In this document: positions 14,601-32,867 of the stretch, piece after piece | Numbering within the stretch: the stretch's first letter is position 1 | Layout of the letters: each line of letters starts with the position of its first letter | From: the human T2T-CHM13v2.0 reference genome, Homo sapiens | Reading direction: 5' to 3' (one strand) | NCBI RefSeq assembly: GCF_009914755.1 | Contig: NC_060929.1 | Length of the DNA stretch: 64,000 nucleotides | Notes under the pieces: model-generated | Database searches by the model: none | The model's input: the letters and a program-made list of their open reading frames with translations, nothing else | What the model was told of the DNA's origin: nothing | Position numbers and translations under genes: made by a program

Positions 14601-15897
14601 TAGCTAAGCCTGATGATGGGGCAGGAAGTATTTTCCACCCACAGGGAGGAACTGCAAGTCATATGCCCTAGGGGGATGCAAAATCCTCTCCCAGAGAAGG
14701 AAACAAAGACTGGGTAATAATCATACAATTCACCATACTGCCATAATATCAAAATAATATGCATAGGTGATTTCTCCATTTATACATGTTAGATTTTATA
14801 ACAAGTTCCTTTATTATTGACAAAGTTCCTGTCTTCAATGTCCTCATCTTTCTTTCCTCCACCCCCCATCCCTCCAATATAGTTACATTACTACTTTCAG
14901 TTCATCAGTGCTTGCGTCAATATGACTATGTATATTGTTCACAGACAAGCTAGTTAGTAGAGTGTAATTTTGTTTCTTTCTTTCTTTTTTTTTTTTTTTT
15001 TTTTTTTGTGCAACGTTTCTTTTTCCCTTGAGTTAAAAATGGCCTTTTTGTAGTTGCAATTTCAAAACATGCATAGTCTTAATTCTTTTCACATATTCTT
15101 TCCTCTAATATATAGTGGTCTCTCAAATTCCCCTTTCACTTAGAGATCTCTCTGTAGGTCTTCCTTTTATTGTCCTCTTGCTCCAATCTGGATTGATTCT
15201 ATGTCTGATGTACAATGGGTAGTCTTAGGTTTTGCTTCACCACTCTTCTAGTGAGATCTGCTGTTTATGAGAGCCTGTGCTTTCTCTTTGTTGGCTTTTG
15301 CCCTTACGTTGTGGGAGCATGTCCTCCATTAGCTTCTGTGAAGGGGTGAGAGAGGTGCATTGGCTGAATCCTTGCATGATTCTTGTTTTTTACTTCTGCA
15401 AGCTTAATAGGACATTTTCTTTATCCTTAGCTCCAAAATGATACAAGTACCTTAGCTCACAAAAATGAACTCAAAATGGATCACAGACCTAAGTGTAAAA
15501 GTTAAAATTTAAAAACTAGGAGAAACACAAGAGAAAATCTTGGTGACCTTGTTGAGCAAATATTTCTTTTAGACACAAAAACATAGGCCATAACAGAGAA
15601 AAAGAATACATTGGACTTTATGAAAATTAGAACTATTGATCTTTGAAAAAACACCATTAAGAAAATGAAAAAGGAAGACAGAATGCAATAAAATATTTCC
15701 GGTGTGTATCTCTGACACAGGACTTGCATCCAGAACATATAAAGAGCACTTATGGAGGTCAATGAATTTAATTTTTAAAATGAGCTAAAGATTTAAGCAC
15801 ACTTCACAAAAGAAACTATATGAATGCTCTATAGGCATAAGAAAAGATGCTTAGCATCATTAATCATCAGAGAAATGGATATTAAAATTAAACTTAG

Positions 15898-16285
15898 AGA
15901 AAATGTGGCACGTATACACCATGGAATACTATGCAGCCATAAAAAATGATGAGTTCATGTCCTTTGTAGGGACATGGATGAAATTGGAAATCATCATTCT
16001 CAGTAAACTATCACAAGAACAAAAAACCAAACACCGCATATTCTCACTCATAGGTGGGAATTGAACAGTGAGAACACATGGACACAGGAAGGGGAACATC
16101 ACACTCTGGGGACTGTTGTGGGGTGGGGGGAGGGGGGAGGGATAGCATTAGGAGATATACCTAATGCTAAATGACAAGTTAATGGGTGCAGCACACCAGC
16201 ATGGCACATGTATGCATATGTAATTTGCACATTGTGCACATGTACCCTAAAACTTTATAATAATAATAAAAAAATAAAATAAAAT
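15898..16285 (+). mobile_element. 5'-truncated young L1PA (L1PA2/3-like) 3' end
   Basis: Near-consensus primate L1 3'UTR with G-rich tract and A tail; TSD aaaattaaacttag on both sides. Confidence 0.92.
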
Positions 16286-16749
16286 AAAATTAAACTTAGC
16301 TAGCAACCCACACCCATTGGAATGGTTAAAATTAAATAGATTGATGATACCAAATGTCAGCAAGAATGTTGAACAACAGGGAAGCAAAATTGATTGACAG
16401 CTTTTCTAAAAAAGTTACTTCTATTATGTGACTTGGTCATTCTATTCCTGTTTATTTATTCAAGAGAAACAAAAACATATTCACACAAACTCCTATACAT
16501 TAATGTTCTTAAATCTTTATTTATAGTAGCTCCAAACCAGAATCACCCCAAATATTCATGACTGTGTGCACAGACAGATAAAGTATGGCATATCCATACA
16601 ATGAAATATTTCTTAACACTAAAGCAGAATGAACTACTGACATATGCAACAACAGGCATGAATTTTAAAGTCATTACGATGAGACAGAAAGAAGCCAAAT
16701 GCTAAGGAATATGTATGATTCCATTTATACGCAATTGTAGAAAATGCTA

Positions 16750-17128
<379 letters not shown>

Positions 17129-18668
17129 TCAGCTGCAGAAATGCAAGCGGAAACTCTTTTGGGTGTTGTAAGTATTCTGTATTGTTATTATGGCAGTGGT
17201 GTCATGGGTATGTGCCTGTGCCAAAACTCATATAATTGTATAATTTGCATGAATGCAATTTACTGTACATAAATTATATACCTCAATAAAGTTGATGAAA
17301 ATGAATTGCATGCATGCATAAATTTATTAATAGCAACTAGTAGACATCATGGTCACCAATTTGTCATCTTCAGAAATTCTTATTAGATAACAGGGATCAT
17401 ATTACAGAGAGAATGGTGCATTTAATTTGTAATTGGTTCCATATAATTAATTCTAAAGCACTTTACTATGATACAGATTTAGTAACTCTTCAGCTACAAT
17501 TATGTTTTGTATACATATCATGTAATATATATCTTTCTCTAATTATAAAAATGTTGAGTTTATATGATAGTGACATATAGAGACCTTATATCACAGGAAT
17601 TGTTAAGTATAGAGTTTGCTTTGCATTCTCATATACTGTAGGTAAAACTTATGGAAAACCTAAAATATGCAATAAACAAACTGTTAAATCCTTAGGACAT
17701 GTATGACAAAACTGGAGATTTAAACACTAATTTTATGTTAAATAATTATCAGTATTTTCTAGATGTAATTGTGCTGTTATTTTTAAAAGTTATTATCTTT
17801 TAGAGATATATACTGAAATGATATAATTTTTGATATTTTATTCAAACTAATATCACACGGGGGAAGAGGGTGTGCTTGTAGGTGAAACAAGATTGGTTAT
17901 AACCTGATAATTACTAAAGCTGAATGATGGGTCCAGGTACATGGGGGCTTATTATATTTTTCTGTTTATATTTGTGTATGTTTGAAATATCCTGTAATAA
18001 AAAATGTGTATATCTTCTAACTTAGAAATTTCACCTCAAGGAATTTATCTTAAGGAACTTCTCATGGGTGTGAACAAACAATCCACAGTAATGTTCAATG
18101 CAGTATTGTTATAATGCTAATAAAATTGAAAACAAATACTTAAGAGTAGAAATTTGGTTAAATATATTATGATACATTTTAATGATATAATACCACATAC
18201 ATTAAAATGTGTCAAAAGTATATAATTACATGGAAAATATTTGTGATATAGTTTTAATAAAAAATTGCAAACTCTAAAACAGTATGCCCACAAAAATCCA
18301 TTTTTAAACTGTAAAAAGTAAATTATATACATATGTGCTGTGTGTGTGTGTTTGTGTTTGTATGCATATAGAGAGGATATATACACACACAAACTCAAGG
18401 ATATATATAATAATTTATATGCTCATAAGTTTCCAATATAACTTTTTGGTAATTGAGTCAGTCTTTTTTTTGAAAGGCTGGATGTTTTGGCTTTGATAGG
18501 TTAACAATGCAATGTAGTATAAAATTTCACTGTAAAATGTTTTATATGCTTTATTACTTTGTTATTTTATATTTGTTATTGGTTAAACCTTAGCGTGTAG
18601 CACATTGCTTGGCACATAGTAGGCCCCCCCATAATATCATTCAATGAATAAGAATCAGGTTTGATTTA

Positions 18669-18992
<324 letters not shown>

Positions 18993-19275
18993 AAAATAAT
19001 TTTTCTTTCTAAAATTTTTCTTTATTTTTCATTTTCTTTTTTGAGGAACATATGTTACTTTCTCTCTCTGTTAAATGCAGAGACAGCAGGGGAGAGACAT
19101 ATTACTGTTTAAATGGGAAATTCACTGTTAAGAAATGAACAGTTTTGGCAGGCTGTTTCTGCTCCTCTATTCTGAGATGTAATAAAGTGAAATATACTTC
19201 TTAAAATTTCGTGTAACATCTAAATTATGGATATTTATTCAGCATCTTTTAATTTTTTTTTTTTTCTAATTTCAG

Positions 19276-19316
19276 TTCTCCAACATCTTCAAATAAAGAA
19301 GTGGTTATGAGGAATG
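19276..19316 (+). CDS. ATP6AP1L: ATP6AP1L exon 2 (41 nt)
   Basis: Long T tract and ctaatttcag| acceptor; (S)SPTSSNKEVVMRN; donor G|gtaaga; phase 2 in, phase 1 out. Confidence 0.75.
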
Positions 19317-19562
19317 GTAAGACTCCAGTTGCCCACATGATTCCTTGTGGGGTGGAGAAGGGCTTTTTCTGTGATAGAATTCCCTGACCAGTGGTGTCTG
19401 TACCAGGAGTCACTCATGTGAAATCTTTTATACTAGTGCATCATAAATTATGAGCCAAAAGGGGCTCAAGCTTGATATATGTGACAGTGCTTAGCATTGC
19501 TCCCAATTACATTAATAAATGACATTTAGCATTTGGTAACCACATCATCATTTATTTGACAG

Positions 19563-19621
19563 ATCAGAATAATGGAGATATGAAACCATTCCAGAATTTC
19601 ACAACAATACCAATCACACAG
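19563..19621 (+). CDS. ATP6AP1L: ATP6AP1L exon 3 (59 nt)
   Basis: tttatttgacag| acceptor; (D)QNNGDMKPFQNFTTIPITQ; donor CAG|gtatgg; phase 1 in, phase 0 out. Confidence 0.75.
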
Positions 19622-19784
19622 GTATGGCTATGTCAGGAAACCAGATTGTAATCTAGCTCTAAAAAACTTAAAAACACATTTCAATCATGTCTGTGCTCTG
19701 TGAAAATATAAATAATAATTGTATTAATAAGTAACATATTTTTGCTTCAAATTTGGGTGGGGAAACATATTGTGGAATCTCTTC

Positions 19785-20052
19785 TTTTTAAAAGTCAACT
19801 TTTATTTTGGATACAGAGGGTCCATGTGCAGATTTGTTACGTGAGAATAGTGCATAATGCTGGAGTTTGCGGTATGAATCCCATCACCCTGATAGTGAGT
19901 ATAGTATCCCATAGGTGGTTTTTTAACCCACTCCACTCCCTCCATCCTCCAGTCATCCACAGTTTTGATGGTTTGCATATTTATGTCCATGTGTACTCAG
20001 TGCTTAGCTCCCACTTATAAGTGAGAACATGTGGTATTTGGTTTTCTGTTTA
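19785..20052 (-). mobile_element. L1PA/PB 3' end fragment in intron 3
   Basis: ttagctcccacttataagtgagaacatgtggtatttggttttctg antisense L1 3'UTR. Confidence 0.8.
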
Positions 20053-20403
20053 TTATGGAATCTTATAGTTGGGAAAAACCTAAAATACTTAATTTTACTT
20101 GCTCTCTTATATTTTCATTACAATATTCAGCTTCACTTTTGTTGCTATAATAATAATAATCTTTAGTTACTGATAAGCTTAAGTTGCTGCTCTCTATTAA
20201 CTAATTTTTCTTTTATCTGTATTTACACTAGAGTAATTGGTGCAAATTTCTTTCTTTGTATTGTACATTTTGTGGGTTTTAATAAATGTGTAATGGCATG
20301 TATTTATCGTTACAGGATGTGAATTAGCTCTTTCATTTCTAGGAAGCCTTTTGTAACATAGACACAAATTCATCTCTTATGTTCTTTTTATTTGGTTAAT
20401 TAG

Positions 20404-20639
20404 GCTCTCAACTACAATCTGAGCAAAGAAGGGCATTTAGAAAAAGAACCTTGGAATGCATTCAGCCATCATGGCCCAGTTAATGTCTCCATCAATGGAA
20501 TTCCTTGCATTCTCTTCTGGGCCAAAAGAATAATGATTAAATTTAAGAATCAAACCTGGCTGGACCTTACAGACGAGCCATTTGGTCAGAAGGTAACTGT
20601 GGACCCTGACAACTCAAATTGCAGTGAAGAAAGTGCTAG
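20404..20639 (+). CDS. ATP6AP1L: ATP6AP1L exon 4 (236 nt), luminal domain
   Basis: aattag| acceptor; open frame ALNYNLSKEG...NGIPCILFWAKRIMIKFKNQTWLDLTDEPFG...NCSEESA, resembling the ATP6AP1 ILFWA/WEDLT region; donor AG|gtaagt. Confidence 0.9.
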
Positions 20640-20828
20640 GTAAGTTGATCTCTCAGTTTGAGGAAGCCCCTAGGGCTATTGCGTTCTGTTAACTCTGCAT
20701 TCAACTTTTTTTGTCATTTCAGAAAAAAAAAGTAGGCTCCTTTGTATAGGACCCTGACACACATCTTTGAGGAAGTATTTACTGTCTAAAATAAAGGAAC
20801 AAGTCAGAAGTTAACTTCAAAAATTGTT

Positions 20829-21124
20829 GGCTGGGCATGGTGGCTCACGCCTGTAATCCCAGCACTTCGGGAGGCCAAGGGAGTGGATCACCTGAGGTCA
20901 GGAGTTGGAGACAAGCCTGGCCAACATGGTGAAACCTCGTCTCTACTAAAATACAAAAATTAGCCGGGCGTGGTGGCAGGTGCCTGTAATCCCAGCTACT
21001 CAGGAGGCTGAGACAGGAGAATTGCTTGAACCTGGGAGGTGGAGGTTGTGGTGAGCTGAGATCGCGCCATTGCTCTCCAGCTTGGGTGACAGAGTGAGTG
21101 AGACTCCATCTCAAAAAAAAAAAA
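20829..21124 (+). mobile_element. AluS in intron 4
   Basis: Alu consensus; TSD aaaaattgtt. Confidence 0.95.
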
Positions 21125-21190
21125 TTGTTATATTTTCCCGGCAGTTTTCTTCTGAACCTTTTTGCTAATTGTCGGAATAACTTGTAGAAA

Positions 21191-21270
21191 ATGAGACTTT
21201 GGAAAGCAAGGGTTCTCAAACTCGTTTTGAAAACAGCAAAGGATTCCAGGCTTGGTCTCAACTCCAAATG
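21191..21270 (+). CDS. ATP6AP1L: Alternative start exon inside intron 4, giving a 224-aa isoform ([27 protein letters not shown]...)
   Basis: AAAATG start, 80 nt open to donor TG|gtaggt (phase 2), in frame with exon 5. 80+51+241+303=675 nt = 224 aa plus stop. This agrees with my recollection of the annotated human protein. Confidence 0.7.
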
Positions 21271-21777
21271 GTAGGTGTCAAACTACTTTTATTCTATCAG
21301 GGAAGAGATCACATATCCCAGCAGGGTCATACACATTCTAGTGGGTGACACACTAGCCAGGACAAATGCTTGACTCTGCGGAGGTAGGGGGCCGGGGGGT
21401 GTCAGTGTGCAGAAATAGTGGAATATTGCCTGTTTGCAAATGCGCAAGGGTACTTTTTAATGGCTAAATTCCAGATAATTCTTAAGGACATTTCAAAATG
21501 ATTGGAATAATTAGTTTTGATTTGAGATAAGCAGATTAAACAAACAACATGTTTGAAGGGCAAATCAATTTCCAATGCCTTTCTCTGCTTTTCAGTCATC
21601 CAAGCAAAAATTTTTGCTTTTATTTATTTTGGTCCAGGGAGAGGAAATCTGGCATGTCCTGCTTGCTTTCTATAAACCTTCTTTCAACATTTGTTGGTAA
21701 AATAGATCCTTTTGGAAGATTCTCTGCATTTGTTCTGGTTTGGCTTAGATGGGTAGGATGCTTTATATAAAGCATAA

Positions 21778-21780
<3 letters not shown>

Positions 21781-21812
<32 letters not shown>

Positions 21813-21816
21813 TGTG
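21781..21816. repeat. (TG)n microsatellite
   Basis: Direct reading. Confidence 0.95.
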
Positions 21817-22188
21817 TATTCTTTTTCTACTTTATGTACTTTAGCTGGAAAGATCCTTTTATTCCTGAACTTTACTTCTCACTTAAAAATTCTTGACAAT
21901 GGGTAAAAATGGATTCTATTAATATACAATTGAAAGTCATATTACAAATCTTAGTATCTTGCTGTTCAGAATGACAATCTTTTAATAGGGATTTAGGGAA
22001 ATGTACGTGGAAGCATTTAGAGTCCTCTCAGATTTGTTTATCCTGTTATAGCTCAACTATCCAAGGCTATCAAAGAGACTACGGGAGGCTGAGAGCTCAG
22101 AACCTTTTCCTGGGGTGCTAATTAATTCCCCACAGGGCTCTTTATTTGTGGTCAGTTGCAAGGAGAAAGGCTGCCTGCTTGGGGATAA

Positions 22189-22606
<418 letters not shown>

Positions 22607-23839
22607 CCTACAGGTTTTTCTTTTTTTTTTGCTGGGTTTTAGAGATCTTGTGGTTACTGGGAACCTAGAGACGGAAAGAATGAAAACTTGGCTTCTAGGC
22701 CCAGTTCTGCCAGTGAGCTTTGTGATTTTACAGGCAGGACCTGTAGGATCATCATCTGTCAAATGGAGATGATGGCATCTATTCATTATAGCTATGAGGC
22801 CTTGAGCATTTACTGTGGGCCAGGCACGGTGTGAGGTCTTCATAGGCACATGTCTGTTATTCCTCACAGTAACTCTTAGAGTCACAGGCAGTTATCACAG
22901 AGGTTAGAAAACTTGCTAAAGTCATGGAGCATGTATGTTCATAGAGCTGGGGTTGAAAACATCTTTAAAAATGACCATTTATCTTCTTCCTCTTGGCCCT
23001 ATCTGACAAGGTTGTGAAAAACACATGAGGAAATATATGCATAAGCACTTTGAGATCTTGTCAAGTGCTGTTCAAAGTATTAATAGTAGTAGCATTATTT
23101 TCCTTCCTGACATCCCAATGATAACTAGAGTGAAATAGTGTCTAATTTCTTCAGTAAGCTTCGGGTCTCACAGGACACAAATGAAAGATTGGGCAGAACC
23201 TGACTGTCTTTTTGGTCACTGCTTAGAATTCTATTCAGGTGTGAGCCCTGAGTGTGCAGTGTCCACCTGCTGGAGTCCTGCACACAGAGTGTGCAGGCAT
23301 CCTGGACAGCCTGCCCAAAGAGGAGCAACAGGAGGCTTCCAGGAAGGGAGGTGTCAAGAACCAGCTGCTGAGACCTAGTGGCTGATTCCTGTGAATTGCA
23401 TGGATGAGCCAGATGCCCTTGTGGTGCTGGCAAGGAAATCTTAAGATCTTAAGAAGGAGAATGGGAGTTGCTGAAATAACAAACCGAAACAAAGACATAA
23501 CCATGTAAGGTCAAAAGCACAGATTAAAAAAAGGTGACCACGTTTTAGCTCTTGGAAACAAAATGTTTAGAGAGAGGCAAATTGTTGGCAGACAGATTTG
23601 CTACGGAAGTCTTTTTAAATAGTGAAAGCCCTGCAAATACAGCATAATCCCAGCATCTGTGTGTATTTGGAATTTAGGCAATTATAGCCTCAAGAATTCA
23701 GAATCCATTTTACATGTGTGAGAGTAGAACACTTGAAAGAGTAAAAAGAGCTCCTTTTTGAGCAGCTCTTGTTCCAGGTTGTATTTCTCCTTTGTGTTCC
23801 CAATTGATGTCACAGTGCCTGATACTTAAAGATCCTCAT

Positions 23840-25900
<2,061 letters not shown>

Positions 25901-25937
25901 TCCTATTTTCATAGACTGCGTTGTTTCCTTTTCTTAG

Positions 25938-25988
25938 GTTGTCTTTGAAGCTTGGTGATGCTGGAAACCCCAGAAGTCTTGCTATAAG
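25938..25988 (+). CDS. ATP6AP1L: ATP6AP1L exon 5 (51 nt, symmetric phase 2-2)
   Basis: ttccttttcttag| acceptor; LSLKLGDAGNPRSLAI; donor AAG|gtaggt. Confidence 0.88.
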
Positions 25989-27163
25989 GTAGGTAGGACA
26001 CCACTTTGGAGTATCGCAGTTTCAGCACTTCAGATTAGCTCTATAGAATTTATTCATTCCACATGTGCGAAGCAAGGGCTTGCTATATGCCCAAGCACTG
26101 TGACACATTGCATGCCACATCAACCTAATTAAACGGAAAAGTTGGTGCTGTGATATGATGGGATCCTATACTAATGCTTTCTTTCTAAAAGTTTCTACCA
26201 AAATACCCATAGTTCTTCCCTCTCCCCCACCCCCATGCCGCCTGCATTAGGGACTTAGAAAACTCCCAATCCTGAGAATGTAATATCCTTTTCTTCTGAG
26301 AAAAGAAGACAAAAGAAAAAGCTCTAAGGGCTGGGGCTCTGGTTTGAACTTATTTTCTATAGCTTCTTATAATGAATCACACTTACCATTTAACTACAGT
26401 GAAAAAGCCTCGTTACGTGTATTCCCCAGCAGACAATCAACAGAGGCCTACAGTTTTTTGGTGTTTAGGTATGAAAGGATGCATCTGTCAACAGAGACTT
26501 TAGCCAAGCAGTTAGGAACTGCTCCTGAGGTAGGGGGAGCAATTTGAAGGCTTTTTTTTTTTCTTATAAAAATACAGTGCTTCCCTTCCTATAAGACAAA
26601 CTTGTTAGTGGAGATAAGTAGTTGTGTCTTTAACATTATTTGGAAAACCAGCAGGATTGTGCTAGGGCAGTCTTTCTTAAGCTTTGCTCTATGGGACACT
26701 TCTGCTCTGTAAAAATATTTATAAGATTTTATGAAAAGGGGATTCTGTGGTCAAATGTGTCTGGGAACGACTCTAAACCATGTCTTCCTCTTGGCAATTC
26801 ACAGTGTAAATTTGTATGTTAAAGTTTCTGAGAAAAAATAATCTTAAGGAAGACTATTGCACTTTGTAACTTTGACTAACTCAGTGTTTCCTGTGTTTAA
26901 TTTTGGAGAACCTTCTTCCTCAGAACACTTGTCTACATATCATGGGAGACTAGAGTTTCACTGATCATAATTTAGAAAATATATGTCATCATCTTTCAGA
27001 GCAACTTTACAAGTAAATAGAATCCCACAAGGTGACCAAACACACATGTCTGTTTGATCTAGAAATGGAGACTATTTTTGATCTGTAATTCCACTTTTTT
27101 CCAAAATGAAAAATAGCTTTATTATTATTATTGTTATTATTATTTATTCTGATGATAAAGGTA

Positions 27164-27606
27164 TGTAGCAGAAACTGTCAGTACCCCGTGAATATCTACA
27201 TGGTCCTTTCCATTTGAGAGCACTGTAGCCTACCTGCTGAACTTTCAACTCCCCGCCTCTCTTTGCCTAAAAGCTTTCTCTGGCCCACTGCCCCCAGTCC
27301 CTGGCCCAGCAGCCTTCAACCAATGACTGGAGGACACATACACACACCTCAGCTCCCTCCCCGTCAGGTGAGATAACTCAGCAGCATGTGCTGTGCTCTG
27401 GCTCCCAGGTTCCATCACGGCCATGAAGCCCTGCTTGTCCACATTGGAAACTGGCTTAATAATGTACCTCTTTTAGCTGCCTTCCCTTCCTCTGTCATTT
27501 CTTTTCTCTCCATTTTACGTATTTTGAATGACTAAACTCCCCTGAATATTTCTTATATTCACACCTGTGTCTTAGAGACTGCTTGCAAAGAAGCCAAATA
27601 GAGACA
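27164..27606 (+). mobile_element. LTR16-like ERVL LTR
   Basis: tgtagcagaaactgtcagt start, cagccttcaaccaatgactgg core, ...agaca end. Confidence 0.6.
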
Positions 27607-28391
27607 AGAAAAACTAATGAAAACAGAAAAATCAGAAAATATTGAGCTACAGAAAGAAGAAAATGAAAATCATCAATAATCTAAACACCATTTGTAATCA
27701 CTACTAATGTTTTAATCTCTATCCTTCCAGACATTTTTTTTTAATGCAGTCACTTTTTTTTTTAAATGGAAATAAAATGATAATGACAAGTAAATTATGA
27801 CTTTTTTCATGGCTGGAAAACAGTCCATTCCAAAAGAGTTAAGATTGGATTTGAAGCCCAGCTCTGACACTTACTCTCCAAGTGAGCTTATTCAAGCCCT
27901 TTGTGTCTTAGATTCCTCAGCTGTGAAGTTAGAATAAGGACATTATCTATTACATGGTGTTGAAGTGAAGATTAAACACAATACACATACATAACACAGA
28001 AGTTATTAAGAGAGCTATTACTATTATTTTAAACCACAATTTAGCAAATTCTTCATTGATGTCCATTTAAGTTTTTCTCAAATTTTTTGAATAATAAACA
28101 CATAATCAAGTGTTGATTCTAAAAAAGGAAAAACAAAACAAAACAAACCCAAACTTTGTGTGTTTTTTCTTTCGTAGGAATTTGCACTGTCCACTTTGGG
28201 TGCTGCCCTGTCATTTGCTCTTTTTCCATCCATCCAGGGAAGGCTCTGCAGCAAAAGTGAAGCCTTTCCCCAAGCCCGTTCTGCCGCCTGACAAAAGAGG
28301 GCGCCATTGTACTGTTCATAGACGATGCCTTGCGTCAGTAAACGTGGGAAAAGTTCTTTAGGAGTAATGCTGTTTTTATAACCATTTTCAG

Positions 28392-28632
28392 ATTCATCCT
28401 TACCAATTACAACAAGTTGTCCATCCAGAGTTGGTTTAGTTTGCGCCGAGTCGAGATCATTTCCAACAATTCAATCCAAGCAGTCTTTAACCCAACTGGC
28501 GTATATGCTCCCTCTGGTTACTCCTACCGCTGCCAACGCGTGGGCAGCCTGCAGCAGGACCAGGCCCTCTTGCTGCCCAGCGACACGGATGATGGGTCGA
28601 GCCTGTGGGAGGTCACTTTTATTGATTTCCAG
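28392..28632 (+). CDS. ATP6AP1L: ATP6AP1L exon 6 (241 nt)
   Basis: ttttcag| acceptor; FILTNYNKLSIQSWFSLRRVEII...YAPSGYSYRCQRVGSL...WEVTFIDFQ; donor CAG|gtaata. Overlaps track ORF 28417-28644. Confidence 0.93.
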
Positions 28633-29798
28633 GTAATAAACTAAAACCTATGCTCAATGCACCTGCGTTTTTGGTACCAAAAGAGCTCAGTGTTTGTTTA
28701 AAAACACCTGAAACAAACCTAGATGCTTAAGGAAAAGAGAAGTAGATGCCTTTAAAAGAATATTGGTGGTTTTTTTCCTTTGTCTTTTAAGGTATGAAGT
28801 AGAATAGGATAGAGAATTTTATCTCCCTGTGTCCCCCACCTCCTACCCAGGGCTTGCTTTTACATTCAGCTTTATCCAGCACGAATAATTATCAGTGAGG
28901 AATGCCAGCCATCTAAGCCCTAGTGAAGCTGTGGGTGAAGCCAGGGACTGACACTTCCTGGACTGAGAGGCCCTTCTGGGGAGAGGCATTGGCGGACAAT
29001 TATTTTATTTCCTTCAGGGAGTGGCGCAGTGATCTTATCAGGGAAGATAAGAAGTACATCGGCAGTGTGAGTGACAGCTTTGGCAGTTAGTAGGAAGGGA
29101 CTCAGCGGGGAGTCAAAAATATCCCAAAGATCTTGAAAGTATTTGGAGTAAGGAATGGGGTGTAAGAGATTCCTTTTCACCACCAGAATCTTAGGCTGAG
29201 AGACATTCTGTCAAGTTCCTCTATCCTGTTTACCTGTGAATGAAGCTTAGCTTGTTCCTACCACTCCCTGAAATAGTAGGCAGGGCTTTGCATGTACCTC
29301 TTATGGGCACATTCCAACCTTTTCCAAATATATGTGGGCATTGGCATATATGCATATTCTTCCCTTTCATCCTTCCCAAGCTTAGAGAAGTGTCGTGTGG
29401 ATGAAAGGCAGTTTGGGGTAGGGAAGGAGCTCACATTTTGGAGTCAGACAGACCTGGTTTCAAATTACTGCTCAGCCACCAGGGCAAGTTACTTAACCTC
29501 TCTCAATTTCTCACCTATCTTTATTAATGTAAAGAATACGTGGCCTAAGATATGTGGAAACACTCAGGAGTGTGCCAGGCGTGGATTAACAATAATTGCT
29601 ACCTGTGAGTGACCCGTGTGTGTTGGTACTGTGGTCGTTACTTTATGTGCTTTGTCTTCAGAACTTACCATAATGCTGCAAGGTGGTTTTATGAATGAGG
29701 TGACTGAATCTCCGATAATCACATAATTTTTCTAAGGAGTATAACTGGTAAACGGTAGAGGCAGAACTCAAATTCTGGACAGTTTGGTTCCAAGGATT

Positions 29799-29803
<5 letters not shown>

Positions 29804-29831
<28 letters not shown>
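29804..29831. repeat. (TG)n microsatellite
   Basis: Direct reading. Confidence 0.95.
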
Positions 29832-29834
<3 letters not shown>

Positions 29835-30079
29835 AAATGTTTATAAATATTATTTATATTATGTATGTGTATGTCTATACATGTGTGTATGCATGTGTGT
29901 ATGTATACATATAGAGGAATGGCAGTGAGGATATAATGACAACAAGGAATATTTTACATATAATTTCGCCTATTTAGACCGGGGGAATTGATTGATTTAT
30001 ACCTCTACCTTGTTCCAGAAATGACTTAGTTGACTTATGGAAATACTACTTATGAAAAATTACTTTCAAAAATAGGCAA

Positions 30080-31160
<1,081 letters not shown>

Positions 31161-31977
31161 TTTAGCAAAGACTTGGGGGTAGAGAAACACAAAGGAAGAA
31201 AATGTCAGTTAGAGCCACCAGTGAGGTTAATATACAAAACCACGAGACCATCTGTCTGCACTGGCTGGAGGCGGCACAAGAATTTGGCTCTGAAGTTCTG
31301 GAGCAGCCAGTATGAGAAACACTCAGTTACATGTTCACAGGCTCCCTAAGACTACTGCCAATGTGCTTGGGATAAGCACATTCATCCCTGGTGGTGTGAG
31401 ATGTATACATCCTCATCAGCATTCTTATTATAAACACAGCTTTCAGGGGGACAGATGGGCCTTGTTGAAACCCCCTTCATGTGAAGAGATGGCAGAACAC
31501 AAGCTCAGTCCAGGGGAGAGGAGGTGATGGTGATGGTGGCTGAGGTATGTGTACAAAAGGCTGCTGTCCACATACACAGCTCTGCTGGCCTGGCTTATGG
31601 TGGGAATAGAGCATAGAGCAATGTGGCCGGTGCGGCAAACTCGAGTACTTGGGTAACTGGTGAGTTGGGCTGGGACCATGGCAAAGGGTAGCCTTCATCA
31701 CAATGAGCATTTTACAAATTCAACTGCAGCTGATTTTTGCTTTGTAGGAATGCAGGGCTGGTGTTGCTGGATCTTTTCAATAGAAGCTAGAATGGTAGAT
31801 TCTCACAGGAAATTTTCAGGATATTCCGAGTACTGGGTCAAACAAAACACACCTGTGGGCTAGAAACAGCATGTCTGTATAACCTCTAGTCCAGGAAATG
31901 GGTGGACAATGTATCCTTCAGGCATTCTCCACACTTACTGTTCTCAAACAAGTCTTGTTAAGAATTAAGTGGCAGTT

Positions 31978-32281
<304 letters not shown>

Positions 32282-32867
32282 GAATTAAGTGTCAGTCAAC
32301 CTCAGGACGTTCTCCTTGGCTGGAGTTGCAGAATCAAGTGAGGTCCTCTTTTGTCATGGAGGAGCTCGACTCTTCAGGCACCAGTCTCAAGAGAAGGTCA
32401 CTTTGTCTCTTTATAGGAGGTGTGGGGCAGGGATCCCCAAAGCCAGGACAAGAGTCTCCTTCAGGATCTGCTTTGGGTTCAATCGAGTTGGGCGAGCAAG
32501 GCCCCTTGTGTCTATGGAGTGATGGGCGGCCTCAATAATTTTAGCATGGGACAATGCCAAAGTGCTCACTTAAGCCATCAAAGTGAATTTTCAGTAAAGC
32601 ACTCATGGATAGTTCAGTTGTCTGATGTACTCTTTAAAAACTGAGTAGGTGTCTGAATGAGGAAATGCTGTGTAGGGTCATACTTTTAAAGCCGGCTGGA
32701 CAGGGAGCTGTCTTCCACAAGCGATGGCTCTTGCTTTAAAGTAATTGCTCTATAGTCCTGTTTCATTTTGACAGTATTAGATATCAGTGCCAGTTCTCAA
32801 TTTGAACCTCTCTTCCTTTCAAGTAATTATACCATTTCATCTGCACACAATGGAAGCTTTACTTTCT

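Noticed and set aside
17391-17400. ttagataacagggatcat, resembling an I-SceI site
   Set aside because: Only a partial match in AT-rich DNA; consistent with chance.
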